Assembly: GCA_964423645.1 (NCBI GenBank)
Contig: CAYRFE010000004.1
Coordinates: 27,227 to 91,226 of the forward strand
DNA length: 64,000 bases
Direction of reading: 5' to 3'
Source: an uncultured bacterium
Lineage (GTDB): Bacteria; Macinerneyibacteriota; Macinerneyibacteria; Macinerneyibacteriales; CAYRFE01
Position 1 is the first letter of the stretch. Every line of letters begins with the position of its first letter. This document shows positions 28,785-37,846 of the stretch, one piece after another. A program made the translations under genes and the position numbers. The notes under the pieces are model-generated. The model saw only the letters and a list, made by a program, of their open reading frames with translations. It was not told the origin of the DNA and made no database searches.

Positions 28785-29480
28785 CTATTCCAATTCACCC
28801 AATGAATATCGGCATAGTTTTTTATCATCATCTCGTTCCAGTACCAATGAAAAATCATCCGCAACTTCTCGAATAATTCCTTTTATCTCTTCGCCGTGAA
28901 TGATCAATTTGCGGGTCTGATTTTTACCCCAAAGATATGAATTGATATATGTTCGAACCTGTTCGTGATCAAACGAATGTGTGTGTATCTCTTGCACAAT
29001 ATCGTGAAGAATAGTGTGAATATTAAATGTCTTTTCAGGAAAAAGTTGCCGAAGCGATACTGCGGTATCGGGAATATCATTTCGCACATTTATGCCTACT
29101 CCGGTAATAATGATTGACTCGCTACCGCACGTCTGCATTGTTGAAAGAATACCCGACAACTTACGCATATTGATATACATATCATTCGGCCACTTAATGA
29201 ACAGATCAGATATTCTCAAAGTCGTTTTTAGCCAATGATGAACGATTGAAGCAATATAAAGAGGATATGCCGCATTTTCTTTTGTATTACCTGAAATTTT
29301 TTGCGCAATACTAAAATATACTCCACCCGGGAGCGAACTCCATTCACGACTATATCGCCCTTTTCCTGCAGTTTGCTGCAAAGCGGCAACACACAAAGGG
29401 AGGTCATATCCGCCTTCTTGCAGTAATCTTTTTGCATACGTATTGGTAGAATCCACGGAGTGCAATACGATCGTATGCAT
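28785..29480 (-). CDS. birA: Biotin--[acetyl-CoA-carboxylase] ligase
   Basis: TAGKGRYSREWSSLPGGVYFS and KWPNDMYI blocks. I chose the start at MHTIVLHSVDSTNTYAK (29480), next to the thioesterase stop. Confidence 0.8.
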   Translation of the reverse strand: MHTIVLHSVDSTNTYAKRLLQEGGYDLPLCVAALQQTAGKGRYSREWSSLPGGVYFSIAQKISGNTKENAAYPLYIASIVHHWLKTTLRISDLFIKWPNDMYINMRKLSGILSTMQTCGSESIIITGVGINVRNDIPDTAVSLRQLFPEKTFNIHTILHDIVQEIHTHSFDHEQVRTYINSYLWGKNQTRKLIIHGEEIKGIIREVADDFSLVLERDDDKKLCRYSLGELE

Positions 29481-29481
29481 T

Positions 29482-29892
29482 TTAATCGGTTTCCACGGTG
29501 CAAGAATGAGACAGTTTTTCAAAATACTCATCAGGAATTCTGCAGATCTTATTCGAGTGATTCATGAAGGCATGTAACGTATAACCCTTTGCGATCAGCA
29601 CCGCCTCGCGTGTGACAGTATAATCAAATCGCATACGCACTTTTGTCAGTTGTGTTACTTCGGTGGAAATTGTAAGAAGATCATCATATACGGCATGATT
29701 TTTGTATTCGCAATGAGCTTCGAGCACCGGAAGAAAGATCCCGTGCTCTTCAAGTTTGCGATAGGTGAATGCGGTATGACGAAAATATTCGTTTCGCCCG
29801 ATCTCGAATAACCGCAGGTAATTCCCGTTGTAGAGAAATCCCATCGTATCGGTATCACCGTATATTACTCTATAATTCGTTGAACGTATCAT
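29482..29892 (-). CDS. Acyl-CoA thioesterase, YbgC/4HBT family
   Basis: YRVIYGDTDTMGFLYNGNYLRLFE hotdog-fold signature. Confidence 0.75.
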   Translation of the reverse strand: MIRSTNYRVIYGDTDTMGFLYNGNYLRLFEIGRNEYFRHTAFTYRKLEEHGIFLPVLEAHCEYKNHAVYDDLLTISTEVTQLTKVRMRFDYTVTREAVLIAKGYTLHAFMNHSNKICRIPDEYFEKLSHSCTVETD

Positions 29893-29956
29893 ACGCGCGG
29901 ATTATACGCCGATTTGCACTGACGGTCAAATGTAATCGGAAAAATAAGTAAAAATC

Positions 29957-30120
29957 GAGACCTTTGCGAAATTCGAAATTTTTTTATTTTTCTGTTTTTC
30001 CTAAATAGGGGTGTGGGGACGAAGTCACCACCATATAACAAGTTAAGCCCCTCACGATTTTTCACGGGAGGGGTTTGGGGTGGGCACAACTTGTAAAAAT
30101 TGTACTTTCGCAAAGCTCTC
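29957..30120. mobile_element. Full-length MITE/REP-like element with terminal inverted repeats
   Basis: Left TIR gagacctttgcgaaattcgaaa, right TIR tgtactttcgcaaagctctc. Internal palindromes ggggtgtggggacgaagtcaccacc and cccctcacgatttttcacgggagggg, followed by G4-like gggaggggtttggggtggg. Homologous copies at 18061, 22926, 33892, 39294, 53501 and 57958. Confidence 0.65.
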
Positions 30121-30470
30121 TGATCGGGGATGGGCATCGTCGATTGGATTCCCGTTTTCACGAAAACGACACACAATTTAAATAACAGAACATCAAAAAA
30201 TCATCTGCTGAAACAACAGAAGGTGTCATTATAGGGCTTGACCCGATGATCCGGTGGTTATTATGAAATGCACCCGGATTCCCGTTAGAATGTATCCTCG
30301 TGAAAACGGAGACGGGAATGACACATCATATGGTTTTTTTATCAAGACAAAAGTTCGACACGGTTTTTAAAAATTCCTCTCAATCGTGAAGTGATCCACA
30401 TCTCCATACACAGCGAGAAATTGAACCTGTTGAGTTTTAATACTCTCCTTTCAAATTCCGTCTTTATATC

Positions 30471-33170
30471 TCATCCGTTATTCAGCAGATCATCATACAT
30501 CTTTTTACGGCAATCCGGACATATACTATGACTGAATTGTGCATCAGTATGTGTCTCTATATACCCCTCAACGCTTTTCCAGCCGTCTTTATCATGCACT
30601 TTTTTACAACCTGCACAAATATGTATGAACCCGCTAAGCGCTTTTGTGAGTGACGTGGTCAATTGTTCACTCATTGCGGCTCGTTCACGCTCAGCATCTT
30701 CCCGCAATGCAATCTCGTGCTGAATTTGACAATTGAGCGCGTGTAAAACGGCAAGCGTGCGCACACGTGCCAACAATTCATCCTTATCGAACGGTTTTAC
30801 CAGATAATCGTTTGCACCCGCTTTTAAACCGTTCACAATATCCTGCGGTTGATTTTTTGCAGTCAACATCAGAATGGGCATATCCATAAGAGAAAATTTT
30901 TCACGGATCTTGATCGCTACCTCATACCCCGACATTTTGGGCATCATTACGTCTAATAGGACAATATCAGGCACTGTCTCTTCTATTATTTTAAGGGCAT
31001 CAGGCCCATTCTCGGCTTTCAACACCGTATACCGAGCAAATACAAGATGATTGAGCAATACTTGCAAATTTACCGGATCATCATCAACAATGAGAACCGT
31101 TGATTGGGTCAGATCGCCTTGCGAATACTCAATGACACTATTTGTTGTGACGACATGAGGTTTGATCGCATGCTTCACGATCGGAATAGCATCTCCTGTA
31201 ATTTGCACAATGGACTTTTCATTGTATAACGGTAATGAGAACGAAAATGTTGAACCTTTCCCAACCTCAGACTCGACACGAATCGTACCGCGATGAAGCT
31301 CAATCAGTTTTTTAGTGATTGCCAACCCGATACCGGAACCGCCTGATCCCAATGTCTGAGCATTGGAAGCTTGCTCAAACGGCATGAATATACGCTCAAA
31401 TTGTTCGTGCGGGATACCAATCCCGGTATCGGTAATATGCACAACGCACATCCCCTCTTCAACTTCTGCGGTAACAACGACTCGCCCCTCTTCAGTATAT
31501 TTGATCGCATTTCCTATCAAATTGAGTAATATTTGTTGCAATCTGTCTTCATCCGCATAAACAAGGGGAAGGGCGCGTGAAATATCATTTACTAATGTAA
31601 TATTTTTCCCGGATTTCAAATGACCCGATATCTGAATAACCATGTCAACGATATCGTATACGATCAACGGTTTCTGATTGAGACTGATGTTTCTGTTCTT
31701 TAAATGCGAAAAATCTAAAATATCATTGATGAGATTCGTGAGTCTTTTTCCGCTGCCGATGATCATCATGAGATTATGTTTGGCTTGTTCCGTTAATACG
31801 CCTGCAACACCGTCATAAAGTGATTGTGCGATACCGATGATCCCGTTGAGCGGTGTACGCAACTCATGAGACGTATTTGCCATAAATTCATCTTTTAAAT
31901 GATCGAGAGCAACCAATTTTTCCGAGAACAATTCTACTTGGACAAATGCATTTGAGATACGTAACGACATTACATATGACTGGAACATAATGAATAAGAA
32001 AAACCCTACGGGAATAAGATATGCGGTCATAATGACCTGATGTGAATACAGGATATCATTTACTATCGTTGCTGCTAAAAATAAAAAACCCAAGAGCATG
32101 ACCTTTGCACTTTCCTGGCGATGTATGCTGGCTCGTATTAGAATGATAATTATATATATTGCAACGAGTACATCAAGCACTTCATACAACGGTAAAGTAT
32201 AAATATAAACTTTCGCGGGGAAAAACATTACAACTGAGACAAACAGAACTCCCATGATGACAAAGCCTTTGGTGATCGCAGGAAAATCTTCTTTAGGGAA
32301 CAATGAACATAAAAACAATAAAAACACCGGCAATACCATGTAATGGGGAATATAATCAAGTTTGACTAAAAATTCCCATCCGGCGTTGGGATAAATTATA
32401 TTAAGGAATCGCTCTCCATTTACTAATGAAAATAACGCAAATAAGAAACAGGTCAAACTAAAATACAATGTTGAAATATCTTTTTTTCGAAAAATATACA
32501 AACTGAAGTGATAAAAACCCATGAGAAGAAGTCCGCCGATTATGAACAGGTCAAACGCCAATCGTTTTGCAGTCGCCGTAAGCATCATCTGTTCGTTTCC
32601 TATTTCCATGATTCCTTCAATACCGCCGCGTACATGGGAAAAATTTGAAATTTGTAAGATAATATCAAATTCTTGTGCATTGGAAGGAAGAGCGGACATT
32701 TTATTCAACAAAAGGGGTTTCGCGGTACGGGGTGAGGCGGATACCACACCGTTCGTAATTATTGCTTCGCCATTGACCCATAAACGATACGAGGTTAAAG
32801 CGAACGGCATAAATACCATCAACCGTTCGGACGGCTTTTTTAAACGTACCCGCAAACGCATTGTCGCATATCCGTCGCCGGGTAATCGTTTATCACCAAT
32901 TTTTACGGCATTCCATGTCCCCGGCAACGTGATATATCCTGTTTGATTGTGCGTCGAGTTTGAAAAATCCTTCGGCTCCAACAGTTGATTCCAGTAGAAT
33001 TCCCATTCCCCGTTCAACGGAGCAATACCGTCGGTTATAAAATCCCATTGTGAAAGGTCTAACTCACCGGATTTCGATTGTATATAATTTTCTTTCACGG
33101 AACCGATTCTACATGACGTCATCAATACAATAACAATTCCGACGATTCCAATGAAAAATAACCGACGCAT
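30471..33170 (-). CDS. Hybrid sensor histidine kinase/response regulator with 7TMR-DISM sensor and C-terminal 4-Cys module
   Basis: Signal plus extracellular domain, then a 7-TM block (7TMR-DISM type). H-box HELRTPLNGIIG, HATPase G-boxes (GIGIP..GGSGIGL), REC domain (IVDDDPVN...DVMMPKMSG...KPF). C-terminus ICAGCKKVHDKDGWKSVEGYIETHTDAQFSHSICPDCRKKMYDDL. Confidence 0.85.
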   Translation of the reverse strand: MRRLFFIGIVGIVIVLMTSCRIGSVKENYIQSKSGELDLSQWDFITDGIAPLNGEWEFYWNQLLEPKDFSNSTHNQTGYITLPGTWNAVKIGDKRLPGDGYATMRLRVRLKKPSERLMVFMPFALTSYRLWVNGEAIITNGVVSASPRTAKPLLLNKMSALPSNAQEFDIILQISNFSHVRGGIEGIMEIGNEQMMLTATAKRLAFDLFIIGGLLLMGFYHFSLYIFRKKDISTLYFSLTCFLFALFSLVNGERFLNIIYPNAGWEFLVKLDYIPHYMVLPVFLLFLCSLFPKEDFPAITKGFVIMGVLFVSVVMFFPAKVYIYTLPLYEVLDVLVAIYIIIILIRASIHRQESAKVMLLGFLFLAATIVNDILYSHQVIMTAYLIPVGFFLFIMFQSYVMSLRISNAFVQVELFSEKLVALDHLKDEFMANTSHELRTPLNGIIGIAQSLYDGVAGVLTEQAKHNLMMIIGSGKRLTNLINDILDFSHLKNRNISLNQKPLIVYDIVDMVIQISGHLKSGKNITLVNDISRALPLVYADEDRLQQILLNLIGNAIKYTEEGRVVVTAEVEEGMCVVHITDTGIGIPHEQFERIFMPFEQASNAQTLGSGGSGIGLAITKKLIELHRGTIRVESEVGKGSTFSFSLPLYNEKSIVQITGDAIPIVKHAIKPHVVTTNSVIEYSQGDLTQSTVLIVDDDPVNLQVLLNHLVFARYTVLKAENGPDALKIIEETVPDIVLLDVMMPKMSGYEVAIKIREKFSLMDMPILMLTAKNQPQDIVNGLKAGANDYLVKPFDKDELLARVRTLAVLHALNCQIQHEIALREDAERERAAMSEQLTTSLTKALSGFIHICAGCKKVHDKDGWKSVEGYIETHTDAQFSHSICPDCRKKMYDDLLNNG

Positions 33171-33187
33171 GCGAATGCTCCTTTGTG

Positions 33188-33421
33188 TTATATACCTGGA
33201 AATGAATCAACATACTGAATTGTAAAATCAGGGAATGAATCGACGATTTGTATTTTATAATCCGGAAAAGAGGTCACTTCTTCCCACTTTCCTATCGAAT
33301 CCGGGAATGAACTCACCATCTGAACGCGTAGGTCGGGAAAAGAGGTCACGACCTGAACTTTGAAATCGGGAAAAGAATCAACAAACTGAATTTTCCCGTA
33401 GATACGTGATACATCTGCCAT
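33188..33421 (-). CDS. Mini-protein of six or seven tandem 11-residue repeats (x-[IV]-Q-x-V-[DST]-SFPD-x)
   Basis: MADVSRIYGKIQFVDSFPDFKVQVVTSFPDLRVQMVSSFPDSIGKWEEVTSFPDYKIQIVDSFPDFTIQYVDSFPGI. Its stop is 18 nt upstream of the kinase ATG. Confidence 0.5.
   Translation of the reverse strand: MADVSRIYGKIQFVDSFPDFKVQVVTSFPDLRVQMVSSFPDSIGKWEEVTSFPDYKIQIVDSFPDFTIQYVDSFPGI
33190..33400. repeat. In-frame 33-nt tandem repeat array (coding)
   Basis: Units such as cgggaaaagaggtcacgacctgaactttgaaat recur six or seven times and underlie the 11-aa protein repeats. Confidence 0.7.
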
Positions 33422-33436
33422 AGTTTTCCCCCCTTT

Positions 33437-33790
33437 CTATTCAATCGTTACTGTTACGGTACAATCGCTGAACGGGTCGCCTCGAAAATATTGCAGTATT
33501 TTTATTGTTGTGCTCCCCGCTGCACATGCTTCGAAACGAAATAAGCCTTGCTCTTCATCGGCACCGCACATCCCCGCCTCGATCGCTTCGGGATGCATAT
33601 AATGAGAGTCATTATCTTTTAAACACATTATTGCGGGATCCGCTATTTCATATCCAATGGTAAACCCAACGGATGCATGGGTTGAATAACTGCAGATAAG
33701 AAGATCGGAAATGTGCAACAAAACACTTCGATCGGTGTGCCCTGGGGCGCTGATACACCCTGAAATATCCACAAAAGAAACCTTTTTCAC
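33437..33790 (-). CDS. Chagasin-like (I42 family) putative cysteine-peptidase inhibitor
   Basis: GMCGADEEQGLFRFEACAAGSTTIKILQYFRGDP aligns to the chagasin core GAGGTEHFHVTVKAAGTHAVNLTYMRPW. About 117 aa. Recall-based. Confidence 0.4.
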   Translation of the reverse strand: MKKVSFVDISGCISAPGHTDRSVLLHISDLLICSYSTHASVGFTIGYEIADPAIMCLKDNDSHYMHPEAIEAGMCGADEEQGLFRFEACAAGSTTIKILQYFRGDPFSDCTVTVTIE

Positions 33791-33891
33791 ACAAATCCTC
33801 CTATAGAATCATGATTTTTGAATCCCCCACATCGTAGTATAAACACTTTGATTTTTTTTTCAAGAATAATTTTCGAAACGCAAACATTATA

Positions 33892-34105
33892 GAAACCTTT
33901 GCGAAAATCAAAATATCTTAATGACGATCATTTCCCAAATACGGACGTGAGGATACAGTCATCATTTAGACCTTTGCAAAATTCAAAATTTCCTAAGTAT
34001 CTTTACTTTCTATAAAGGGGGTACACAAATTCAAAATTTGGTAGTTTTGCAAAGGTCTTCAACAGGCGATCAAAATATGCGAGAACTTTGTCCCCGCACC
34101 CCTTT
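33892..34105. repeat. Compound REP/MITE-like element (two left ends, one right end, G-rich tail)
   Basis: aaacctttgcgaaaatcaaaat; tagacctttgcaaaattcaaaattt; inverted aaattcaaaatttggtagttttgcaaaggtc; ctttgtccccgcacccc. Confidence 0.6.
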
Positions 34106-34183
34106 TGTTTCAAATCCCTCGCAATGTAAATGAACAAACCCCATAGCATGTGCTATGGGGCTGTTTTAAAAAAACGTCCTTAA

Positions 34184-35323
34184 TCACTGCATCTCATTAC
34201 AAATATATACGGTATTCGACCCCTCGATCAGTGTTTCATCCTCACCGAATGCAGCACTTGCAATTACATAAAAAGTGGTATTTCTTGTAAATAACTGCAC
34301 TTGAATACGTGTATCGAGAAACGGCATCTCAATTCTTTTTACATACTGCCCGCTTGTTTTATCAAAAACATCAATGTACGGATGCTCAACACCAGGAACC
34401 TTTCCCCATGTTCTTTTTTTGTAACTTTGTGTATAAGAAATATACCCGCCAGAAGCTCTAACTACGTATATATACTTTTCTGTTACGCAAAAATCAGACA
34501 CGGTTAATGCCCCGACAGGTTGCACCGATCCGTCAGCGATCTTTATCTGTTTTGCACACAACACAGAATTAAGCGGGTCATTATTTTTAATTTCCATGAG
34601 CGGGACAAGCGAAAAGTCGTACACACGAAGTTCATACCTGTCTTCACCTTCTTGAAACGCCAGGTACAGACGTGTTGTATCCTGTCGCATGACATTGGCA
34701 TTGTACCCATAGAGCTTTACTCGCTCTTCCTGTGTTTCAGTTTTCAGATCAGTCGGAATTCCATTTATGATCTTCCCTTCTTTATCAGTACGAACCGCAT
34801 AATATGGTACGGTCGGAGCAAACACATACCCGTCAGGAGCGTAGGCGACATGCGACGGTCCCCGATAAAGCTGAAACTCCCCTTGGAGCAAAACACTATC
34901 CTGATGTTTGAGCTGTGTATCAAAAACTTCCAATGTTCGCTTCATGCCATCCAATACTACCACAGAATTATCGACAAATCCAAAATAAGGGATCCAACTA
35001 CTGAACTCACCTGGACCCTTACCTTCTTTTTTGATCATTACAACTTGCTCATTTAAGCCTGCGTCATACATTCGCAATGATTCTTTTCTTGTTTTTGCAT
35101 GAGCAGTACCCAGAAGCACATCTCCTGTGAGCGCGTTCACTGCCCCCATATACAAATACTCGGAATCGGCAAGTGTCCTTGATGTAACGACTGAAAGCTT
35201 AGTCACATTTTTTGCATTAATGGTATTCTGAACATAAATTACGCCGTTTCTCTCATTCGATGTATAATTCTTTGAACATCCAAATAGCATAAGCACACAT
35301 GTAACCATGAGTGATACTCTCAT
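34184..35323 (-). CDS. Lipoprotein, GKGPGEF-motif beta-propeller-like family (paralog 1)
   Basis: Lipobox LMLFGCS. EGKGPGEFSSW motif (NHL/6-bladed propeller-like). Paralogous to 35392-36519 and 39516-40538. Confidence 0.55.
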   Translation of the reverse strand: MRVSLMVTCVLMLFGCSKNYTSNERNGVIYVQNTINAKNVTKLSVVTSRTLADSEYLYMGAVNALTGDVLLGTAHAKTRKESLRMYDAGLNEQVVMIKKEGKGPGEFSSWIPYFGFVDNSVVVLDGMKRTLEVFDTQLKHQDSVLLQGEFQLYRGPSHVAYAPDGYVFAPTVPYYAVRTDKEGKIINGIPTDLKTETQEERVKLYGYNANVMRQDTTRLYLAFQEGEDRYELRVYDFSLVPLMEIKNNDPLNSVLCAKQIKIADGSVQPVGALTVSDFCVTEKYIYVVRASGGYISYTQSYKKRTWGKVPGVEHPYIDVFDKTSGQYVKRIEMPFLDTRIQVQLFTRNTTFYVIASAAFGEDETLIEGSNTVYICNEMQ

Positions 35324-35391
35324 ACGCCACTCCTACAATTTAAACACACATCATCCTCGCTATACACAGACGCTGAGCTCCCTTCATTTAT

Positions 35392-36519
35392 TTACAAACG
35401 AACCCCTTTTTCATACAAAGGATTCTTCAATACCGCGATGGCAAAATTTCTTGTTTGATTCTCGGCACGTTTCTTATTCATGAGTAAGTAGGTAGTTGGG
35501 CTCATATCCGCGATCTGAATTATGATATTGTCATGTGTCACACCAAGGATCTTCACAAAACCTCGTATACCGTTCAATTGCGTACAGATGATCTGTGCGG
35601 TCTGTCGCTTTGTCTTTCTATCAAAAGCTCGGATATCCACATCCACCACTCTGTATTCGAATGGTTTTCCATCCGTCGGCGTCGATGCTTTCTCATATCC
35701 TCCGCCAAAAGATGTATAGATATAGTTCTCATCAAAAGCGATACCTCCGATCACCCGATCTCCGACTTGAGTGATCGCACCGTTATAATTATACCATGAA
35801 CATTCCTTGTAGTCACTCGTGGATTTTAACGAATACGTTTGAATCACGTTGAGATCAATATCATATTGCTCAAGGGTAAACGGTCTGTTGTAATACCCCA
35901 AGAATAAACTTTTTTCAAACGGATCGTAAGATAATACACCGCCTTGGAAGGGATCACCGTCTTGGGGTACTTCTTTCTGAAGTACTTCATATGCCTGACT
36001 TTCGCTAACAGATAACCGAGTAAGATCGTATTTGAGCAATTTCACGCCAAACTTACCGTTGATATACATAAACGCATCATTGATCGTCACCGACATAGGG
36101 ACACCGATTTCATCATTTAATGCGATATCGTCAATGTGCTTCCCTTCAATTGAATAGAGAACAAGTTTATTTTGTGCATTGTCATAAATAACAATACGGT
36201 CATTCGCGATCGTAATGGCCATATGTGACTGAATTTCACCCGGCCCCTTTCCGTTTGCAATAGAGATTTGTCGAATTGTCTTTCCGCTAAGATCGGCAAA
36301 ACAAAATCCGCCGCTGTTCGTCAGTATTTGAGGATATATGACTGTTCCGTTGTAATAATTTACTGCAGACATCGCATAGCTGGTGGAAAATGATTCCGGC
36401 TCCCATACTGTAACGATTGGTGCATCAAGACTTGTGTGTGTTTTTGAACAACTCCACGTCAGGGCAACTATCATGATCAGAACAACAAGACCGAATCTCA
36501 CACTCCCTACATGTTTCAT
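35392..36519 (-). CDS. Lipoprotein, GKGPGE-motif beta-propeller-like family (paralog 2)
   Basis: Lipobox ALTWSCS. ANGKGPGEIQSH motif. Similar length to paralog 1. Confidence 0.55.
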   Translation of the reverse strand: MKHVGSVRFGLVVLIMIVALTWSCSKTHTSLDAPIVTVWEPESFSTSYAMSAVNYYNGTVIYPQILTNSGGFCFADLSGKTIRQISIANGKGPGEIQSHMAITIANDRIVIYDNAQNKLVLYSIEGKHIDDIALNDEIGVPMSVTINDAFMYINGKFGVKLLKYDLTRLSVSESQAYEVLQKEVPQDGDPFQGGVLSYDPFEKSLFLGYYNRPFTLEQYDIDLNVIQTYSLKSTSDYKECSWYNYNGAITQVGDRVIGGIAFDENYIYTSFGGGYEKASTPTDGKPFEYRVVDVDIRAFDRKTKRQTAQIICTQLNGIRGFVKILGVTHDNIIIQIADMSPTTYLLMNKKRAENQTRNFAIAVLKNPLYEKGVRL

Positions 36520-36776
36520 GCGTCCTCCTCATTCATCTATTTGACTCTCATTTCACCATTTTTGTTTCAATTTTTATTTGAACCCTTTGCGACACTACCG
36601 TTCTGGATATCATTTCCCGACCCGCGGCCCTTTTCTCACGACAAAGAAACAGTGGATAAGGTGTATTTTTCAAAGTTCTCCGTGTGAAATCCTAAAGGAA
36701 CGTCCCCTTCCTGTGTATCGCCCACTATTGTTACAGGTTAAGGGGACGTCGAGACCGCGATATTCACCGAATGAGA

Positions 36777-36920
36777 CTATCGTTCAGGCGATGGCAACAC
36801 TGATACAATGGTCTGCTCCGATTGGCTGGCCTGCGGTTTGTTCTTCGATGCAGACTCACCTTTTCCCGCACATCCTACGATCATGACAGAGATCATCAAA
36901 ACGAATACTAGTTTTTTCAT
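36777..36920 (-). CDS. Small lipoprotein (47 aa), not in the ORF track
   Basis: RBS AAAGGAGAAAATAT then ATG. MKKLVFVLMISVMIVGCAGKGESASKNKPQASQSEQTIVSVLPSPER. Lipobox IVGCAG. I translated it by hand from the minus strand. Confidence 0.4.
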   Translation of the reverse strand: MKKLVFVLMISVMIVGCAGKGESASKNKPQASQSEQTIVSVLPSPER

Positions 36921-36974
36921 ATATTTTCTCCTTTTTATGAAGATAATCCGCAGGCTCTATCTGCGGATCGACCT

Positions 36975-37400
36975 TCATCGACGGTCAATGTATATACGAA
37001 CGTGAGTTCCGTCACTTGATGTAACATTGACCAAATCCTCATCAATCTCATCAATACTTTCAGAAAGCCCTGCCAACAGCGTTGAAATATCGATTCCCTC
37101 TCTCTCGATCTGAATTGCTGCATCTTTCGGCATCATCGAGAGTGCAAGATGTGCAAGTTTTAAAGGGACCGCTACGCGTACTTTATCACCGTCATCAGCA
37201 TCGACTTCTATTCGAAGTTTTCCCTTCATATTCTTTTGCACAACAGGATCAATTTTCTTTACGCGCGCAGCCCCGTTTGAATAATCTCCGTTACCGGACT
37301 GTCTCGAGGATGCCCCCACTGCTTGCAGTAAACGTTCCGCTTGCTCGGGAGTGATTTTACCGTTTTCCAACATTTCAAGTATTTTTGCTTTTTCATCCAT
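36975..37400 (-). CDS. SHOCT-like domain protein
   Basis: N-terminal KILEMLENGKITPEQAERLLQAV amphipathic SHOCT-like motif. 141 aa. Confidence 0.5.
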   Translation of the reverse strand: MDEKAKILEMLENGKITPEQAERLLQAVGASSRQSGNGDYSNGAARVKKIDPVVQKNMKGKLRIEVDADDGDKVRVAVPLKLAHLALSMMPKDAAIQIEREGIDISTLLAGLSESIDEIDEDLVNVTSSDGTHVRIYIDRR

Positions 37401-37411
37401 GATGAACCTCC

Positions 37412-37846
37412 TTATAAACGTACGCTGACCGTTACATTGTCGCGACTCATGACATCAACTTCCACCGTTTCACATAATCCGATCAACGGATATTTTTTGA
37501 CGCATAAATAAACATTGGCACAAAGCCATGTGATCGGTTTGAACCAAAAATATTTCACGTACACATCTTTTGATTTTACGTATACACCGGAAAACACCTT
37601 TTTTTCATAGGGATGCACGCCTAAAACAAATAGAATATAGAAAAGCAAACTGATACCGAGATATGCAATGAACACCCAATGGAATACTCCGTCAATTCGA
37701 GTATTGATAAGATACAAAAGATACCATAACAACCCGGTTGCAATGAACAAAATAATCGTCGGTATAGCTTTTTTCACTACAATTCCTTTTATCGCCCAAT
37801 ACACGAAACTTACTGCAAAAAAGAGAATTATCATCCACATAATCAT
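37412..37846 (-). CDS. Membrane protein, hypothetical (4 TM)
   Basis: Hydrophobic helices MIILFFAVSFVYWAI, IILFIATGLLWYLLYLI, FIAYLGISLLFYILFVLG. Overlaps the upstream gene by 4 nt. Confidence 0.45.
   Translation of the reverse strand: MIMWMIILFFAVSFVYWAIKGIVVKKAIPTIILFIATGLLWYLLYLINTRIDGVFHWVFIAYLGISLLFYILFVLGVHPYEKKVFSGVYVKSKDVYVKYFWFKPITWLCANVYLCVKKYPLIGLCETVEVDVMSRDNVTVSVRL

Noticed and set aside
33190-33400. 33-nt tandem repeats, considered as a CRISPR-like or non-coding array
   Set aside because: The units are contiguous with no spacers. They are in frame and translate into the regular 11-aa SFPD repeat of a complete ORF with start and stop.
36578-37123. Track ORFs 36578-36886 (+), 36808-37005 (+), 36935-37123 (-)
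   Set aside because: No RBS. They overlap the better-supported minus-strand small lipoprotein (36777-36920) and the SHOCT protein gene.
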